A stretch of 63,769 bases of DNA, filler included, from Choristocarpus tenellus KU-1152 (GCA_964200185.2; 14 parts of 14 records of this genome joined end to end with filler, not necessarily neighbours in it); one strand, 5' to 3'. Counted from the first letter of the whole stretch, positions 37,272-52,028 are shown. The notes: generated by a model from the sequence alone, not told the origin. A program made the numbers and translations.

Positions 37272-39306
37272 ATGGACTGGAACGATGGAAGAAAGTCGAG
37301 GACATCGTGGGAGACTAGGGATGCAATGGAGAGGGGACTGGGTGGACAGAATGGTGGACGTAAACCGGACTATTCCCGATTACCACTGGACAACGAGTCA
37401 GACGATGACAGCGACTGGATAAAGAAGCAGATCAGAGGGCATAAGGTCTCTTATTCCCTTCACCTTCCACCCCAGTTTCTTGTTGTGTAGTCATTGAGCC
37501 TACCTGACAAGACGATACTGGAATGAGTGATGTTCTGTCCCTGTTGACGATTGGATCGTTGGTACACTGGCTTGAAGTTTCGCCTTCCCGTCAACTTGAC
37601 ATAGAAAATTAGAATACGTAAGGTCTCGTGTTCCTTCCCCCTACTGTCGTTAGGGTTCCTTGAGCATCAGAGGCTGACTGACTACGGTATAGTGTGGAAG
37701 TGATAGGAACGTTGAAGGACTACCTCGAATATGTACCTGCCCTATCAAGGTTGTTGTAGTTAGAGGCAAACATTTTGTATCATCTTTCTTGCTTGTGTTG
37801 TACGCAGTATCACTTGCCGACCAAGCTGTTGTCTGGAGGACCTCTCTCATAGGCAACCCCGGATTCCCCACATCGCAGTCCCAGATTCGAGATCAGGATG
37901 ATCATCTGGAAGAAATTGGAAATTCTGTTCAGCGCTTGGGAGATATGAGGCGAGTCCATATAGGGATAAATTCAAGAATGGCTGTAGATACGATAGAGCA
38001 GTGTGGAAGGTGGTGAGAACGACTAATTTTTTTCGATTAAATTGCAGATTTTTTTTTCAGTAATAGTTGGTATTAATGCAGTGTATGTGGTACCAATAGT
38101 TACCTCAACTACTATTTTTTTCATCCACGTGCATAACTTGTAGACTTGTTGCGATGCTGCAAGCTAGGGTCCGGAATCCGTTGCGAGGATATAGGAAGAA
38201 TGTCACTACCTTGCCAAAAGAAAAAAATGCCTCAGCTCTAAAGATGAACCTCCTCTTGGATTCCTGCTGCTGATATCCTCTGTTCATCGTGTACTAATTC
38301 GACTATGGTTTGCAAGTATAAGGTCATCCTGTAGACAACCTTTCGTTGATGATATCATGATATCCTGCCGATTTCTCAAACACAACTCAATGAAGAGTCA
38401 CATGCTGCCTGCGGTAATGATGATGACTTTCACGGTCAGGACCATATGTACTCAACATTGAGCCTAGGGCAGATTACTGGGACTAACACATTTTTGAAAC
38501 ATCTGGTACTAGTCTTTGGTTTCGCTCACGCCTCAAAAGGGTTTGATGTAACTACAACGTTTTCCTTGTACAACAGACAGCAAGCATGTCCTTGCTAAAA
38601 CTCTGGTGACATGAAAATATTCTACAAGACATTTGTTCAATATGTTTCCTCTACCAAGTGGAGGTTCAATCATTGCATCCATGATATGGTGCTGACCCAT
38701 AGCGGGTAAAACTCCCAAGTAAAAACACAGCGCATCTCCTCAAATCAAGGAGCCTCCTGTAGGAGGGAGAGGGGGGGAGGGTGAAGGGGTAAAATAAAAA
38801 GAGAGTCTAAAATTGCCGCCCATTTTCTAGCTTACTATACATTTCACTCCTACATGTTAACTAGAAACTTAGAAACTTCAAATATTCGTAGTACTTAGAG
38901 CCCAGTTAAGGGCAGTGCGACCCTATGACTTCTGGACCTCTCCCAATCATCAGCTAGAGTGTACCTGAACTGTTTTACTGTTTTGCCATTGTTTTCCCCC
39001 CAGCCCATGTCTTCAATTTCGTCTTCATACTCACCATTTCGAATCACCCCTCGCCCCCTCAGCATTTTATTTCTATTTTGTAATCATTTTCGTTGGCGTT
39101 GAGCTTCGTTCCTCTTCGTTAATGCTCTTGGTATTTTCCATGTAACTGTCATGTAACTGTCATGTAACCATCACGCAGCCTGGAGATATCCAAGGAGTTG
39201 AATTCGCAGAACAAAATGTTGGACAATGTCAACTCCGACTTTGACGAGGCTATTGGGGGTATGGACACTGTCACCAGAAAAACACAGGCACTCATCAAAC
39301 GATCTG
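37272..39306 (+). CDS. Qc-SNARE (syntaxin-6/8-like), exons 37272-37445, 37879-37949, 39179-39306; TM exon not in contig
   Basis: ...WIKKQIRGHK|SQIRDQDDHLEEIGNSVQRLGDMS|LEISKELNSQNKMLDNVNSDFDEAIGGMDTVTRKTQALIKRSG is a SNARE motif with the 0-layer Q. Intron 2 is GC-AG. Confidence 0.88.
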
Positions 39307-41054
39307 GTGTGTACTAACAAAGTCTTATCGCTTACACCCTTGAGGCTTTGAGCTTCTTCCCCTTCTTTTGTAATCGTTTTTTTAGACGTTTTTTTTTACC
39401 GTACTTTTCAATGCTGCAGTAGCAGTGGGCGTTGCCAATAACCCGGGGGCGTTCCATGGGAGTTCGTATCTCTTTGCGTTTTCTTTTCTTTTCTTCAGCG
39501 GTATTGTTGCACTCCATTCTTGGAGTAGATCATTTTGTATGTGTCTGTGTCTGTGTTTTTCAAACTCTTGAAGGGGAAAACTGAAAAATCGTCTGCTTTG
39601 ACTTCAGTTTAAAGAGAAATTGCCTGCGGGGCGGGGAGAGGAAAGGGAGGATGGGAGATTGCACGAAGGAGGGTGTTGCCTTTGAGAGGGGTATGATTGT
39701 ATCCGTGGACCAAAGTCATCCTAGATTTCATTTATGCAAATATCGTGTAGCCTTGTTTTCATATTCGTAGTCTCGGAGTGTTCTTTGGCCCCCATGCTTT
39801 TTGCTCCTCCTCCCTTCCCCCTGCTGACAAGCTTGTATCGCATATTAGGTGTAGACATAAGTGGGTAGGTATGAAAGTAGTGGATTAGGTACTGGGATTA
39901 TAGGGAGTGCGTTGATCTTTTTGTTTGTTCCATGTGTGTTTAGTTTAGTTGGTCGAAAAAACTCTTGAAGAGTTGCTGCTTAGGGTCTATGTTCTACCTC
40001 GAGTTGTCAGTTAGGGTTAGGGTTAGTAGAGCTTAGATGTTTTGTTGAAACCGAGGGAGTTTTACTATATTCTAGGCGTGCTGATCCGGAAAAGACGGTA
40101 AACATTTTTTTTTGTTTCCAATAGCGGTTAGTTTGTGTAAGTGGGTCTCAATCACAGGTGGGTGACCTCACATACCTCACTTGAAATGGTCCCGAGAGAA
40201 CTCTTGACCCAAAGTATCTGAGGGGGGGGGGGAGNNNNNNNNNNNNNNNNNNNNNNNNNNNNNNNNNNNNNNNNNNNNTTAATTAATTAANNNNNNNNNN
40301 NNNNNNNNNNNNNNNNNNNNNNNNNNNNNNNNNNGGGTCGGTGGGGGTGAGGAAAGGGGGTGGGAAAGGTTAGTTTTTGTAGATAGATTGGTTTTGGGGG
40401 GTGGGTGGTGTACATGGGGGAGAATGGGGGGAGGGGGGGGCAATGTTTTTTACTGGAGATGGGATGAGGGTTAGGGTTGCACTCTTTTTCTTGCTAGCAC
40501 CGGATTGTATTACGGAGTGTGCAGAAGGCGTTTTGTATCTCTTTTGCTCACGTAGAGTTAGTTAGCACTACGATACTATTCATGGAGAATACTTTTATTT
40601 TTTATTATTATTTTAAGCACACTTGTGTACCAGTCTTTTTTTTCTAAGTTTTTTTTACCTCGCAATGCTCTTGTTTGAAGCAGTAACATCAGGCTTAGAG
40701 AGATTGCAATTTACTCTTTTTTTTTAATACCCCCCAGAGATAAACAGTTACGCAAATCACCCCACGCCGTGTTTAAAAAAAAAAAAAATCCTATGTTTAT
40801 GTTTATGTTTTTATTTATTATTTTCTGACGTCTTGGTACCATGAGTGGGGGCACTCACTCCTATGACAAGAGAGAAGTTTGGGTCCTATGTATTACTGGT
40901 TTATGGACTGACATTTTAAGGATAAAATTTGGAACATTGTGGAGTGGAAGAACTCGGAAGGTCATTTTTGAAAATCAGCAGTTTTTTTTTTAATATAATA
41001 CAATTGTGCCGATATATTAAAAATAAATGAGCACAAACTGATAATAATACATAA

Positions 41055-41087
<33 letters not shown>

Positions 41088-41963
41088 CATATGTTTTTTG
41101 TTGTAGTAGCATTTGGAAACACCCTGTTAGAAAAAGGGTTAGGGTTTGGGTTATATGAGCTAACTAACCACTGTGCTGCACGTGCACGAGTTGTTCTGGA
41201 AGTTTTATTTTTATATATTTTTAAATCCACAGTGCAATGCAATGTACTTTTCTTCTTAATCTCTCCTCTCTTCTCTCCTCCAGATGTGGGGAGGTCTAGT
41301 ACTTCAATCAGATGATGAAACTATATTTTTTTCTAGTTGACCAATCAATCACAATTGATGATACTCCGATTGAAAACATCCCCCCTGAACCCCCCTGACA
41401 CCCCATTACCTGGTCCCCACGAATTCTGCCTTTGATTATGTCTTAGATCTACGTATCTATGGTTAGAATGGTGAGGTTAGGGTATGGAGGATGATTGTAG
41501 TATGACCCGACACTTGTACAAGAACTAAAATATATTTGAATACGTGTATGTAGCAGTAGTTTTGTCAAGTGATGAGATGGAGTCTACTGCGACAATTTCC
41601 CTTCCTCCGCAACCCCCATTTCTTACTTTATTTTTGTTTCAATTATAAAAGTAAGCATTACTTCCTCTGCAACCCATTTTTTATTTTATTTCTATTATTA
41701 TATTGCTTTTTATTTTGTTATGATTATAACTATGTGTATTAATATTAATAAAAAGTGTATGCGTTGCTCCAAATTGCTCTTCCCTTTAGTTTGTTGTTGT
41801 TACACACACATAGAAATAGAAGCATCCTCTTTTTTTTTTTACTTGCTTTCTCTTTTTGTGTATATTTATGTGTATGTATAATATATATATATATACACCT
41901 ACGTATGTGCAAGTACTTGATGTATTCAATTGAAAATGTGCACATCAACATCAATGACACTAG

Positions 41964-43353
41964 GTCCTGGAGCTGGAGGAGACACTGGAAGGGACTTTGT
42001 ATTTTGTGAAGGCGTTGTCTTCACCGGAATCGTTCCTGTTCACCCTTGCAGAGTACCTGGTTGATGGATATGAGGTAGGGGCATTGTATTTTCAAGTAGA
42101 TTACACTAGATTATTTTCAAGTAGATTACACTAGAGTATTTTCAAGTAGATTACACTAGATTATTTTCAAGTATAATACAGTAGAGTATTTTCAAGTATA
42201 ATACAGTAGAGTATTTTCAAGTAGATTACAGTAGATTATTTTCAAGTAGATTACACTAGATTATTTTCAAGTATATTACACTAGATTATTTTCAAGTATA
42301 ATCCAATAGAATATTTTCAAATATAACACAGAGTATCGTCAAATACAATACAGTAGATTATTTTACATGTTGCAGCTGCTATCCTACTGGCTTTGAAGAA
42401 TGATGCAAGTTCTGTAAAATGTTTTGTCTGTTGTGCAGGATGTTTCTTTAGAGTTAGTTACTTGCCATGAGGGGTTATATTATTATTATTACTATTATTG
42501 TCAATGTTCAGTTTAGGTCAGCGCTTGAGTATCTTTATTTGGCATTTTTTTCTGAGCATTCAGTAGAAGCCCCCCCCCCCTTTGTAGATTTTCTTATTTT
42601 TGGGGGGGGATGCTCTAGTGTGTTTTCGAAGTCCCGAGCCTTCTCGTCGCATAGCTAGCTACAGAGCATTCACAAGTGCTACAGAGCATTACTGTGTGTG
42701 CTAGTTATTTAAACATGAAATCTACACAGGTGTGGTAGTGGTTGTTGTAGGAGTAGTAGTGCCACAGAGTGAAATCATTGCCACTAGAGGAGAGGAGCCC
42801 GTGATCTAGATAAACTGTTCTTTTTTATTCTTGCAGTAGTTACTCCTCTACTCAGTAAAAATGTAGAGTATGTGGTTGGTAAAGTGATGATTGTATGGTA
42901 ATATATGTGTTCGGTCGTCGTTCCTGTAGTATACACGTGTTGTTATTATTATTAATATTATTATTGTTATTAATGTCATTATTATTATCTTTATTATTGT
43001 TATTGTCATTAATGTCATTATTATTATCATTATTATTATTATAAATTGTTCTGCACTGTGAGAACAGAAACAAATCTTTATCCTTCCGATTTCCATGAAC
43101 TGATCTTCATCTATGCACGCACCTTTACAAGGTAAGAGTAACCTCTGACTATTGATGGGAGGAGCGCCTCTGACAATTGTCATGAATCTCTTTTAACTTT
43201 TTGGTGGGGTGTATATATTTTGTTGGGGCAGTCAGTCCATGACCATGGGAGCGTTCTCTTCTTTGGTGCGTTTTTGTATCCTCAGGGGTAACGTTCCCAA
43301 TTGGCAGGTTAGGGTTATATTCTCTCGTATCGGATGCCCTCCTTTGAATGTCT

Positions 43354-43394
<41 letters not shown>

Positions 43395-43655
43395 TTTTTA
43401 TATATTAAGAACAAGAGTTTTTTTGTTTTTTTTAAAGATCGAAGTCGGTTGAAACTCACGCTCTACTCTCTCGGGCACTCTGACTCACCCTACACTACCC
43501 TACCCTACCCCCACACGGCCCTTTACTTCTTCCCAACCTTTTTACTATTTTTGCTATGGCCATGCCCTTCGAACAACAACCTCAGAACTCAATGCTGCTG
43601 GTCGGAAGATAAGACCTATATATGGTGATATACGAGACCTACCACCCTCTCTCCC

Positions 43656-43690
<35 letters not shown>

Positions 43691-44103
43691 ACACTCTCCT
43701 AACCCCCCCCCCCCCCCCCCCACACACACACACTGATGTTGCTGCTTCCGCCCATGCTCATCCTTCGAACAAACAACCCCCCCCCCCCCCCCGGACAGAG
43801 CTGAGAAAAAGCATATTACGCTGTCCTTGACGTTGCGCGCTTTCATCTTTCATGCATGCTGTTGTTTGGTGTTATTGATGGATCAGGATCCAACGGCGGT
43901 GCTAGGTGCATCCACCCGACGCCTCAGTGAGTTGGTATCGATCTCGCCGCCGGAGGTGGCGCCAGAGGCCCGGAGTCGCCTCAAGTCGTTGATCTCAAAC
44001 GCCTCCAAGGCTCCGTCATCATCCTCTTCTGCGTTTGCTCACAGGTTTGGCATGGGGGGGAGGGGTTGTGAGGTTTGCAGCAGGTTCATCTCGTGAACGT
44101 TTG

Positions 44104-44141
<38 letters not shown>

Positions 44142-45012
44142 TTATAAGTATTGGTGGTTTTTGTGTGTGTTGTATGGCATTTTATATTGTGTAATGGGAT
44201 TAAACTGTGGGTCGGTTTTAATCTTCCGGTCCAGTGTAGAGCATTTTTTGTACAGTTGTTTATGCATATATGCGTGAGTATTGGTGGTTTTTGTGGGTAT
44301 ATTGTATGGCGTTTTTGTGCATTGTGTAGTGGAGTCGGGCCTCGGGCAGAAAAGAAAGAAATTGCAAGTCTGGTGGAATGCCCTGTGTGTATTTGAGAGC
44401 AGTACTGCAGTGAAAAATGGTAAGGAACAAGCAGATTTATTTTATTTTTTTGCATTCATTTTCTAGAGTACCCTGTGAGTGGGTGATCGTGTTGTGGACA
44501 TAGCAAAAAAAATAAATCATCAGGTTATTTCCTCCACTGGAGGGAAGTCAACATAGCGAAGGGGTTCAGGGACACTCCGATTTCGAGGATAACGAATCTG
44601 AGATTCTTGGCAACCAGATGCATGTATTGACGGGATTGAGACATGGGTGTATATGACGTTTCGAGGTATATATAGTCAAGGTACATCGTGTATTGGAGAT
44701 GGTGTGTGCATTCATTCCCCTCTTTGTACCAACACATCTTATTCTTTCGCGGTTGGTCGGGTTGTTCCACCCTATTCACATATACTTTCTGTAACTGCTT
44801 CTGTGTCCATGCTGTGTAGAGTTGTTCCCCTCTGATGAAGAAGAAGAAGAAGAAGAAGAAGAAGTTCCGTTTGGATTTAGTTTTTGTTTGTCGAGTGTGG
44901 GGGGAGTGTGGGGGGACGGTAGGGAAGAGATGTGGATGGACACGTTCTTGTGTGCTTTTTTTGATGCACATTTCAACCTCTCTGATGTGGGATGCATTGG
45001 ACTTGGCTAGGC

Positions 45013-45064
<52 letters not shown>

Positions 45065-45637
45065 GTGTGTCTTTGAGGAGAAAATGCCGGTAGAGGTGCA
45101 TTCTCTGACGGCGGTGATACGGAACAATAATGTGCTGCTTCTATTTTTTTTATTATTATTATTTTTTTTTACTTTTGTCGGTGTTCGATTACCCTGTATG
45201 TTGTTGCAATACCCGATCGCCGCCCGTGCAATTGTTGGAAAACCCGCAGATTTAACCAGGCCGCGTCATCAACTGCAGCAGCGCCTTTGCAGATCGTTTC
45301 GTCATCGCGCACGACTTCATCGGAGGAATCGCCACCTAATTCCACTGTCTCCACTGTTGGCACCTCTACCACTTGGATTTCACCAATGCGAACTGATCCG
45401 ACCGTACTCACAACGACCTCCGCCGGAGCTACGGGCGCAGTATCGGGTGCATCGGGGTCTACCTCTGGGCTGGGCTCTGGAGCTGGTACGGTGGGCTCTG
45501 GGGTGACGGGGACGGGTGCAGGGGCCAATCCGGATGCACCACGGACACTGGGACCTTCACTCACTCTTGAGGCAGCAGGGTTGAGTGAGCTCTTGCGTAA
45601 GCGGGGGGGGCTGGCAGCGCTCACAGATGCTAGGGGG
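41964..45637 (+). CDS. Unknown multi-exon protein (exons 41964-42074, 43887-44044, 45250-contig end)
   Basis: GT-AG junctions with matching phases: VLELEETLEGTLYFVKAL...DGYE|DPTAVLGASTRRL...AFAHR|FNQAASSTAAAPLQ... Confidence 0.7.
42087..42365. repeat. 25-bp intronic minisatellite, ~11 copies
   Basis: Unit TATTTTCAAGTAGATTACACTAGA(T/G), decaying toward the 3' end. Confidence 0.92.
42941..43043. repeat. Degenerate (ATT)n microsatellite
   Basis: Run of ATT/GTT triplets. Confidence 0.85.
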
Positions 45638-46450
45638 NNNNNNNNNNNNNNNNNNNNNNNNNNNNNNNNNNNNNNNNNNNNTTAATTAATTAANNNNNNN
45701 NNNNNNNNNNNNNNNNNNNNNNNNNNNNNNNNNNNNNATGATGAAGGGGTGTTCTTGGTTGATTGTGGAGTGGTGTTGAGTAGTGCGGGGGAGTGGTAAG
45801 TGATGTGGGGTTGGTTAGGAAACGTGGGCAGGAGCTACCGACCTTTTAATACCAAGTAGTGTCGATGAGGGTGTTAGATGTACGTAGATTGAGGTCTAAT
45901 CACACTCTTGGGCTCAGTGGGTGCAAGCGTCGATGGAGCAGAGTGTGCTGAGGGGCGGATAAAAAAGTTGTATTTTTTGAGGCAACACGAATGCGCATTA
46001 GATGCTAATTTATTATTTCTAAAGTAGGATTGCTCAACATTGAGAGCGTTTAAAAAAAGATTATTTGCCTGCGATCGTACAACCAATTTCTCCTGGTAGC
46101 CTGGAGTTCAGCAAAACGTAGGGGAAATAGGTAGGCCCCCTCAAATCTTCGACGCACTCTGGTAGAAAGTAGCCATCACAGCTCATGGGTGCAATATGCA
46201 TGCTGCCTTGTTTTGATCCAAAGGTACGCATAGCCTTCGTCAGGAGTCTGTATGTAGAGGTAAGACCCTGTGCATGAATGTCTTATGATTGGATTGGAGG
46301 ATGTGGGGATGTATAGGTCAAAACCAGAAAAGGTCACAGAGACAGATAGATCCCTTAACAAACAGCACCGCTCCCCTTCTGGGATACTTCTACATATTTT
46401 TCTTCACTGCTCCTTGCGTACTGGCTGCTCCAAAACCTGCGTTTCGGCAG

Positions 46451-49400
46451 TCCACTATTCTCCTCTTCCATGGCTGACCTCGTCAAGCCTTCAAAGAGGA
46501 CCTTGGCTGGGGGAGCATCAGATCCTTTCGGTGTCAGCAGCGTGGATGAGGAAGCCCCGGGAGGCATTGCTAACATGAGGGTTATCTCTGCCAGCAAGGT
46601 ATGCATTCTACCGTTCACTGTAGGGTGTCATGATATTGTTCTGTTGCTGTTGAAAGTTGCTCCTTAGAGTTGATACAGTACGAAATGTGATGGAATAATA
46701 GAGTGTTTGGCATTGCTTTAACACCTCTGGCACCACCACCTGGAATGTTGGCTTTCTTTCCCAGCAATCCCTATGAATGCGCTCTTCTCCATCACTTCCC
46801 GATTGTTGTTATGGGGCATCATCTATACTCTTGCCCCCTCCCAATTTGAGAGACAAGACGAGGGCCCAAAGCATTTAAGAGGGTAGGAGTTTTGACCTGT
46901 TTGTCCATTTGGGGCTTGGGCTTCCCACAGGTTTTTTATGGTCTTTTTCTGGTTTCTGTGTGAACACAGTTACATAATCCGAAATTTTTCGGAGTAGGTA
47001 AAATTTGTACAACTATGGGAAATGTGCCCAGAGCAAGGATAATGACACTTGCTAACAACACGATAGCCAAAATTCATTAAATCACAACATTGGATTTATG
47101 ACCCTGAACGGACGTGGCCCTACCCTCTTAAATGCTTTGGGTCAAATACACGTCTTACATTGAAAGATCCTTGGAAAGAGAACCAACCCATCAAGAATTT
47201 CATCAACAGGAAGGGGGAAAGGGGGGGGAAGGGGGCAGGGAGAGGTAGAGGGGCAAGGAGTGACATCATGGTCCACTGACGACCTCAGAATAAAGTATCG
47301 GTCCGAAGAGGAGCGCCAGGAGGCCTATAGGGCATTTCTGCTGGCCAAGGAGGCCTCTGAGGCGGTGGAGAAGGGCTTTGGGGAGGTGAGGTCTGGGGGT
47401 TCAGAGACCAGATTACCATGGAAGGCAGTGGTCAGGGAAATGTTGGGTCATTACCCATTATAGGGTTCTCAAATCCGTATTGCCACATCCCTCTTGTTGA
47501 ATTGAATGTGCACAACTTACATGTTAAAAATACTCAGTATCCCTTGGGCGCTACAATAGTGTGCACTGGAAGAGTAAACGAGAGATATTCGGCCTTTTTT
47601 CTGGTTGAGTTATCATCTCTGATGTTGTGGCATTCAACAGCCTGCCAACAGAGAGTAACAGGAAATCGTATGTCGACCTTTCATCTACCCTTGGTCACAG
47701 GCATCTTGGACTCCTGTGCATCACTGTGTGATATCATTATACCCTCCCATTAAGCATAGTGATCAATGTGTTTATTATCAAGTGAAAGTATCTTAGAGGG
47801 TAAGGTTTGCCCTGTTTGTCCATTTGGGGCATGGCTTCCCTCACGGTTTCTTATGACATTTTCCTAGTCCAAAATATTTTGGAGTGGGTAAAATGTATAC
47901 ATTATGAAAAGGTGTGTCCAGAGCAAGAATATTGACACTTCCTAACAAAAACGATAGCTAAAATTACATCAAAATGGCAACATTGGATTTTGTCCCCCAA
48001 TGGATGCGGCTCTACCCTCTACTATACTTCGGGTCATTACCCAAGTTTTTGGACAACTCCCTTTGATCATGTCTTTGAAATGAGGTGCAATCCCCATAAA
48101 CACACACACATGAAAGAACACACAGCATGGGCATGAATGAAGCAACCCAGCATATGTGCTCTCAAATCTACAACAGGTGGTTCCATTCGCAGAGGTGGAC
48201 CAACACCCCCTCTATGCAGCCTATGAGGACCATCTTGAGCGTGAGAATACTCAATGCCTTCTCAGAGCCAGTGCCAGGAACAAGATGAAACGGTTTGTCC
48301 TTGATGTGCACACTGTATGGCTCACAAACCTTTCACACCATCCAGAGTACCAGGGGTTAGCAAACGGTTCGACCAAAAACATTGGTGTGTCTGAGGGGAA
48401 ACAACCCCCGAAGGAGGGTGACGGGAGGCAAACCAGAGGGCTCGATAATAGGAGAGATAAGGACGCAATCTTGGGTTCTATCTCCCAGATTCAGTCGGTG
48501 CAGGTGGGGCGAGCTTTTCAGGGAGCTGTTTTCTACAGTGGAAAGGGAGGTGGAGCCCCAGTGGCACCGACACCAGGTCAACTTATTGCCGAGGTCAATT
48601 CCAGGCAAGGTCAGGAGGAAGGGGTAAGAGATATGGGGTGAGAGGGGTTAACAGAAAAGGGAAGAAGCATTGAGGACTGCGAATTTCTGGCAAGGGAAAG
48701 ATGATAGTAAGCATCAGGGTTCGGAAAGGGCAACAACTTGGAGAGGGGGAAGTATACACAGGAGAAAGGAATATTGTAAGAGCAATATCGCTGCTTTGTT
48801 TGGGTGAAAACTTACCCGCATACCTACTTATATTTTGGGGACAAAAAAACGGGCCTCAACGACTTTGAAGGTGACGTATGAGGGTGCTACAGGTTTTATT
48901 TCGAAAGAACAATGGAGGGATGATGTCACACCAATCTCTTAAGCTTGGTTCTTACGCATCAATTTATTGCACGAGGCAAGTCTCAGTAATGATTTAATCC
49001 TTGACTGTTGTGTCTGTTTTCCACGCATTGCAACAGGTGAGTGACTCCCTACACAAACTGTTCACATTTTACCCACAAACGTATCTCCACCTTACCTTAA
49101 TAAAAACTGTCATGACATAGTCCATTAGCAGCTATAACTCCACGAGATTCAGTAGGTCAGTTACTGCCCAAGCGAGTAGCTCATCTGCTTCTCCATCATC
49201 CCCCCCCCAATTCTTTCCACTATTGCCACCCCCTGAAATAGGTACTCTGAAGAAGACTCCAGGGGAGGGAGTATTCCACAGCTGCGTCCCCCACCTCACC
49301 CTGTGGCTTCCCTCTCTACCCTAGCCTCTGAGCACCCTCGTGATATACCACCACCCCAACCTCCAAGAAAGGGTAGTTACCCTCCTAGAATAGGACTCGG

Positions 49401-51077
49401 TCCTAAGAACACAAGGGCCATGCTTCGCATCCTTTGTTTTGTTCCCTCTGCCCCATGTCCAATCCATGCTGAAGGTGGGGGGGAAGGGCGTAGCAAGGCG
49501 ATATCTCTGGGAGATAATGGGGACAGGATTGAAGAAAAGGTTGATGCTGGAGGAGCAGGAACTAAGTTGCAAACCGTGATCGATGACAAGGTTTTGACAG
49601 GGGCAAGGGGCATTGGGGTGGCAGGAACAGCAGGTCTGTGGATGGTGTCATGTTACCGACTTGATCTTGCTTCTGAATATTGTGTGGTGATGCAGGAGGA
49701 GGCCATCAAAGCAACTGTAGGTGCAGTGCTCCATGAGAGGATGAAGGGCTTCCAAGGGGAAGGTCACTTGGAGGCGGAGGGTAAGAACCTGGGAGGGTAC
49801 TTACGCCATGAGGACGTGGGGCAGAGTGTTCTTGTCCTACGCCGTAAGATGCGGGTACCAGTTCTGGGCGTTGTCAATGATGTGGGTTGGGGCAGGGAGG
49901 GACTACCTTCTGTGGTTGAGGTGAGGGGAAGGAGTGGGGGTGTTTGGTCATCTGTACATCATGTTGACTCTTGTATGGACATGAGGCGAAGGACCCACAA
50001 AGTGCAGTTGCAATGGCATAGCATTTTTTGCACCTAGCAAGAAGCAGGTAAATGGATTAGGAGAGAAGAAGATTAGGACGTCAGTAAGGAAAGGAACCGG
50101 AAGTTCTAAGACGTTATGATATGGGTCAGTTGAGAGATGAAGTTTGTGGGGCTGGAGGCTATGTAGAGGTAGCTGAAGGGGACAAGGCGATTATTGACTG
50201 CTACCACCTCAGCAGCGTTGGGTTCTGATTATGAAAGTCAATTCCTGGGGCACTGAAGGGACTGCAACAATATCTTTGTGTCATTTCCTGCGCTCTCATG
50301 CCATTGAGATAATGGTCTAGGAAGAACCACCCATAATGCAACTAACCACCTGACCTCTCAGAGACAGGGGATATGTGGTTGTTGCAGAAATCATCACCGT
50401 AGTGTCCTAATGGGAAGTGAAGTACAAGATTGGAGGCAAGAAGAACCGCAGATTATCGTTTGTGAATCTGCCCACCTTGCATGGTTCTCCTTTGCCGCGC
50501 CATTGCTGTACATATTTGATACTCCAGAGTAATTTTCTTGATGAGGGCAGGGGATATAACTGAGAAGGGTGATGAAGGAATAACATCATGGGGAGACAAG
50601 AGGTAGAGATGTCAATACTATCTGATGATACAAACCATTTGTTGTTGCCAGCCTTGGGTACTCCCATGCCACTTCTCGTTCATTCCTCTGCAGTGTTTGG
50701 GCCCCTGGTAAACCCAACAATATATCTCAAGCAGTGCTTCCCAATGGACCTAACAAATGAAATACAATAAATTACTGATTGGGAGACAGATATTTGTGCG
50801 CAGACTCTACCCTGATCAAGTTGCTGAAGGCGTTTCCCTGGAGATAGCTGCCTTTCCGCTCCGAAACTGTGAATCCTCCGTTGGTCAAGACAACGACATC
50901 GTTGATGGGAGAGATAAAGTTTGCCAAGGTTGTAACAGCAGTGGGATAGACAACGGTGGGAGTGATGGAAGTGAACCCACTATGTTAAAGACAGCTACAT
51001 GCCAGGGGGTCTTCATCACAGATGAGCTTTTATGGCGCCGCCTTAATCACCCCCGACCCTACTTGAGGAAACAGAGG
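46451..51077 (+). CDS. Unknown large multi-exon protein (exons ~46451-46598, ~47210-47385, 48177-48637, 49242-49920, 50790-51077)
   Basis: Long open exons with canonical splice sites and mostly consistent phases; one poly-G tract breaks phase. No domain recognised. Confidence 0.7.
46863..47143 (-). mobile_element. Sola-like MITE copy, intronic
   Basis: GGCCCAAAGCATTTAAGAGGGTA...TACCCTCTTAAATGCTTTGGGTC; TSD not preserved. Confidence 0.82.
47780..48035 (-). mobile_element. Sola-like MITE copy, intronic
   Basis: AAGTGAAAGTATCTTAGAGGGTA...TACCCTCTACTATACTTCGGGTC; TSD unclear. Confidence 0.82.
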
Positions 51078-52028
51078 GTGGGTGAGGGGGGAGTGGTTGG
51101 AGAAGGGTTCGCTGGGACGGGGGGGGGCGGAGAGGCATTTGAGGGGTGGGGCGGNNNNNNNNNNNNNNNNNNNNNNNNNNNNNNNNNNNNNNNNNNNNTT
51201 AATTAATTAANNNNNNNNNNNNNNNNNNNNNNNNNNNNNNNNNNNNNNNNNNNNCAAAAATCGCGACATGAAAAAATTGACCCCAAATGGACAACCGTCA
51301 CCCCCCCCCAGATACTTTGAGTCATTGTTTTTGGTTTGTTTGTTGATTGTGTGTTTGTGTACTATTTTTAAGACTAGTGTCTTTTGGCCAGATCTCGTGG
51401 TACCCACATACTATAATCCTTCACATAGGTTGTCCATCTAGTTTAGACGAATCCGTTTGTGTGTCATTTTGTCATAGATGAGTATAGTCTATCGTTTTGT
51501 GAAGAGATGAGATAACTGGTAACAGATGACAGTTAACCTGCTCACGACCAGCTCTGCATCTCGCGTTTACCAGGGGTATGAATCCTTGCAAATAGACTAT
51601 ACATTAATGTTGGTGGACTAGATAAATTAATATACAATTAATTTTATGTCTCAACTCTCCTCCTTGTTTGCATGAGTGGACACATGCAGTGGTGAAGAGA
51701 CCGTTATCACCGTGCATATATATATTAGCAAATATGTTCTAAGGGTAGCTGTTCATTACATCATGTCACGCTTTCATGAAATGGATTTATTGATCATCAT
51801 GAAATGACTAATCCCATCCTAAAACAGAAAAACAGAAGATTCAAGTCTACCACCAGGTATGAGATGGAGACTTCAGGTGAGTCATACATGTTACTAATTT
51901 TTATTTTTTTTCGTGTGGCATGATCCCCCCAATATGATGCAATTATCGTACAGTCACCTCGTATTGTTTTAAGAGAGTTGAGCCACCAACATCGTATGTC
52001 CGAATTGTCCACTTGGAAAATTGTTGTC

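Noticed and set aside
44039-45506. Long ORFs with THTH, VCVC, poly-K or poly-F runs
   Set aside because: These are translations of intronic (TG)n and (GAA)n microsatellites.
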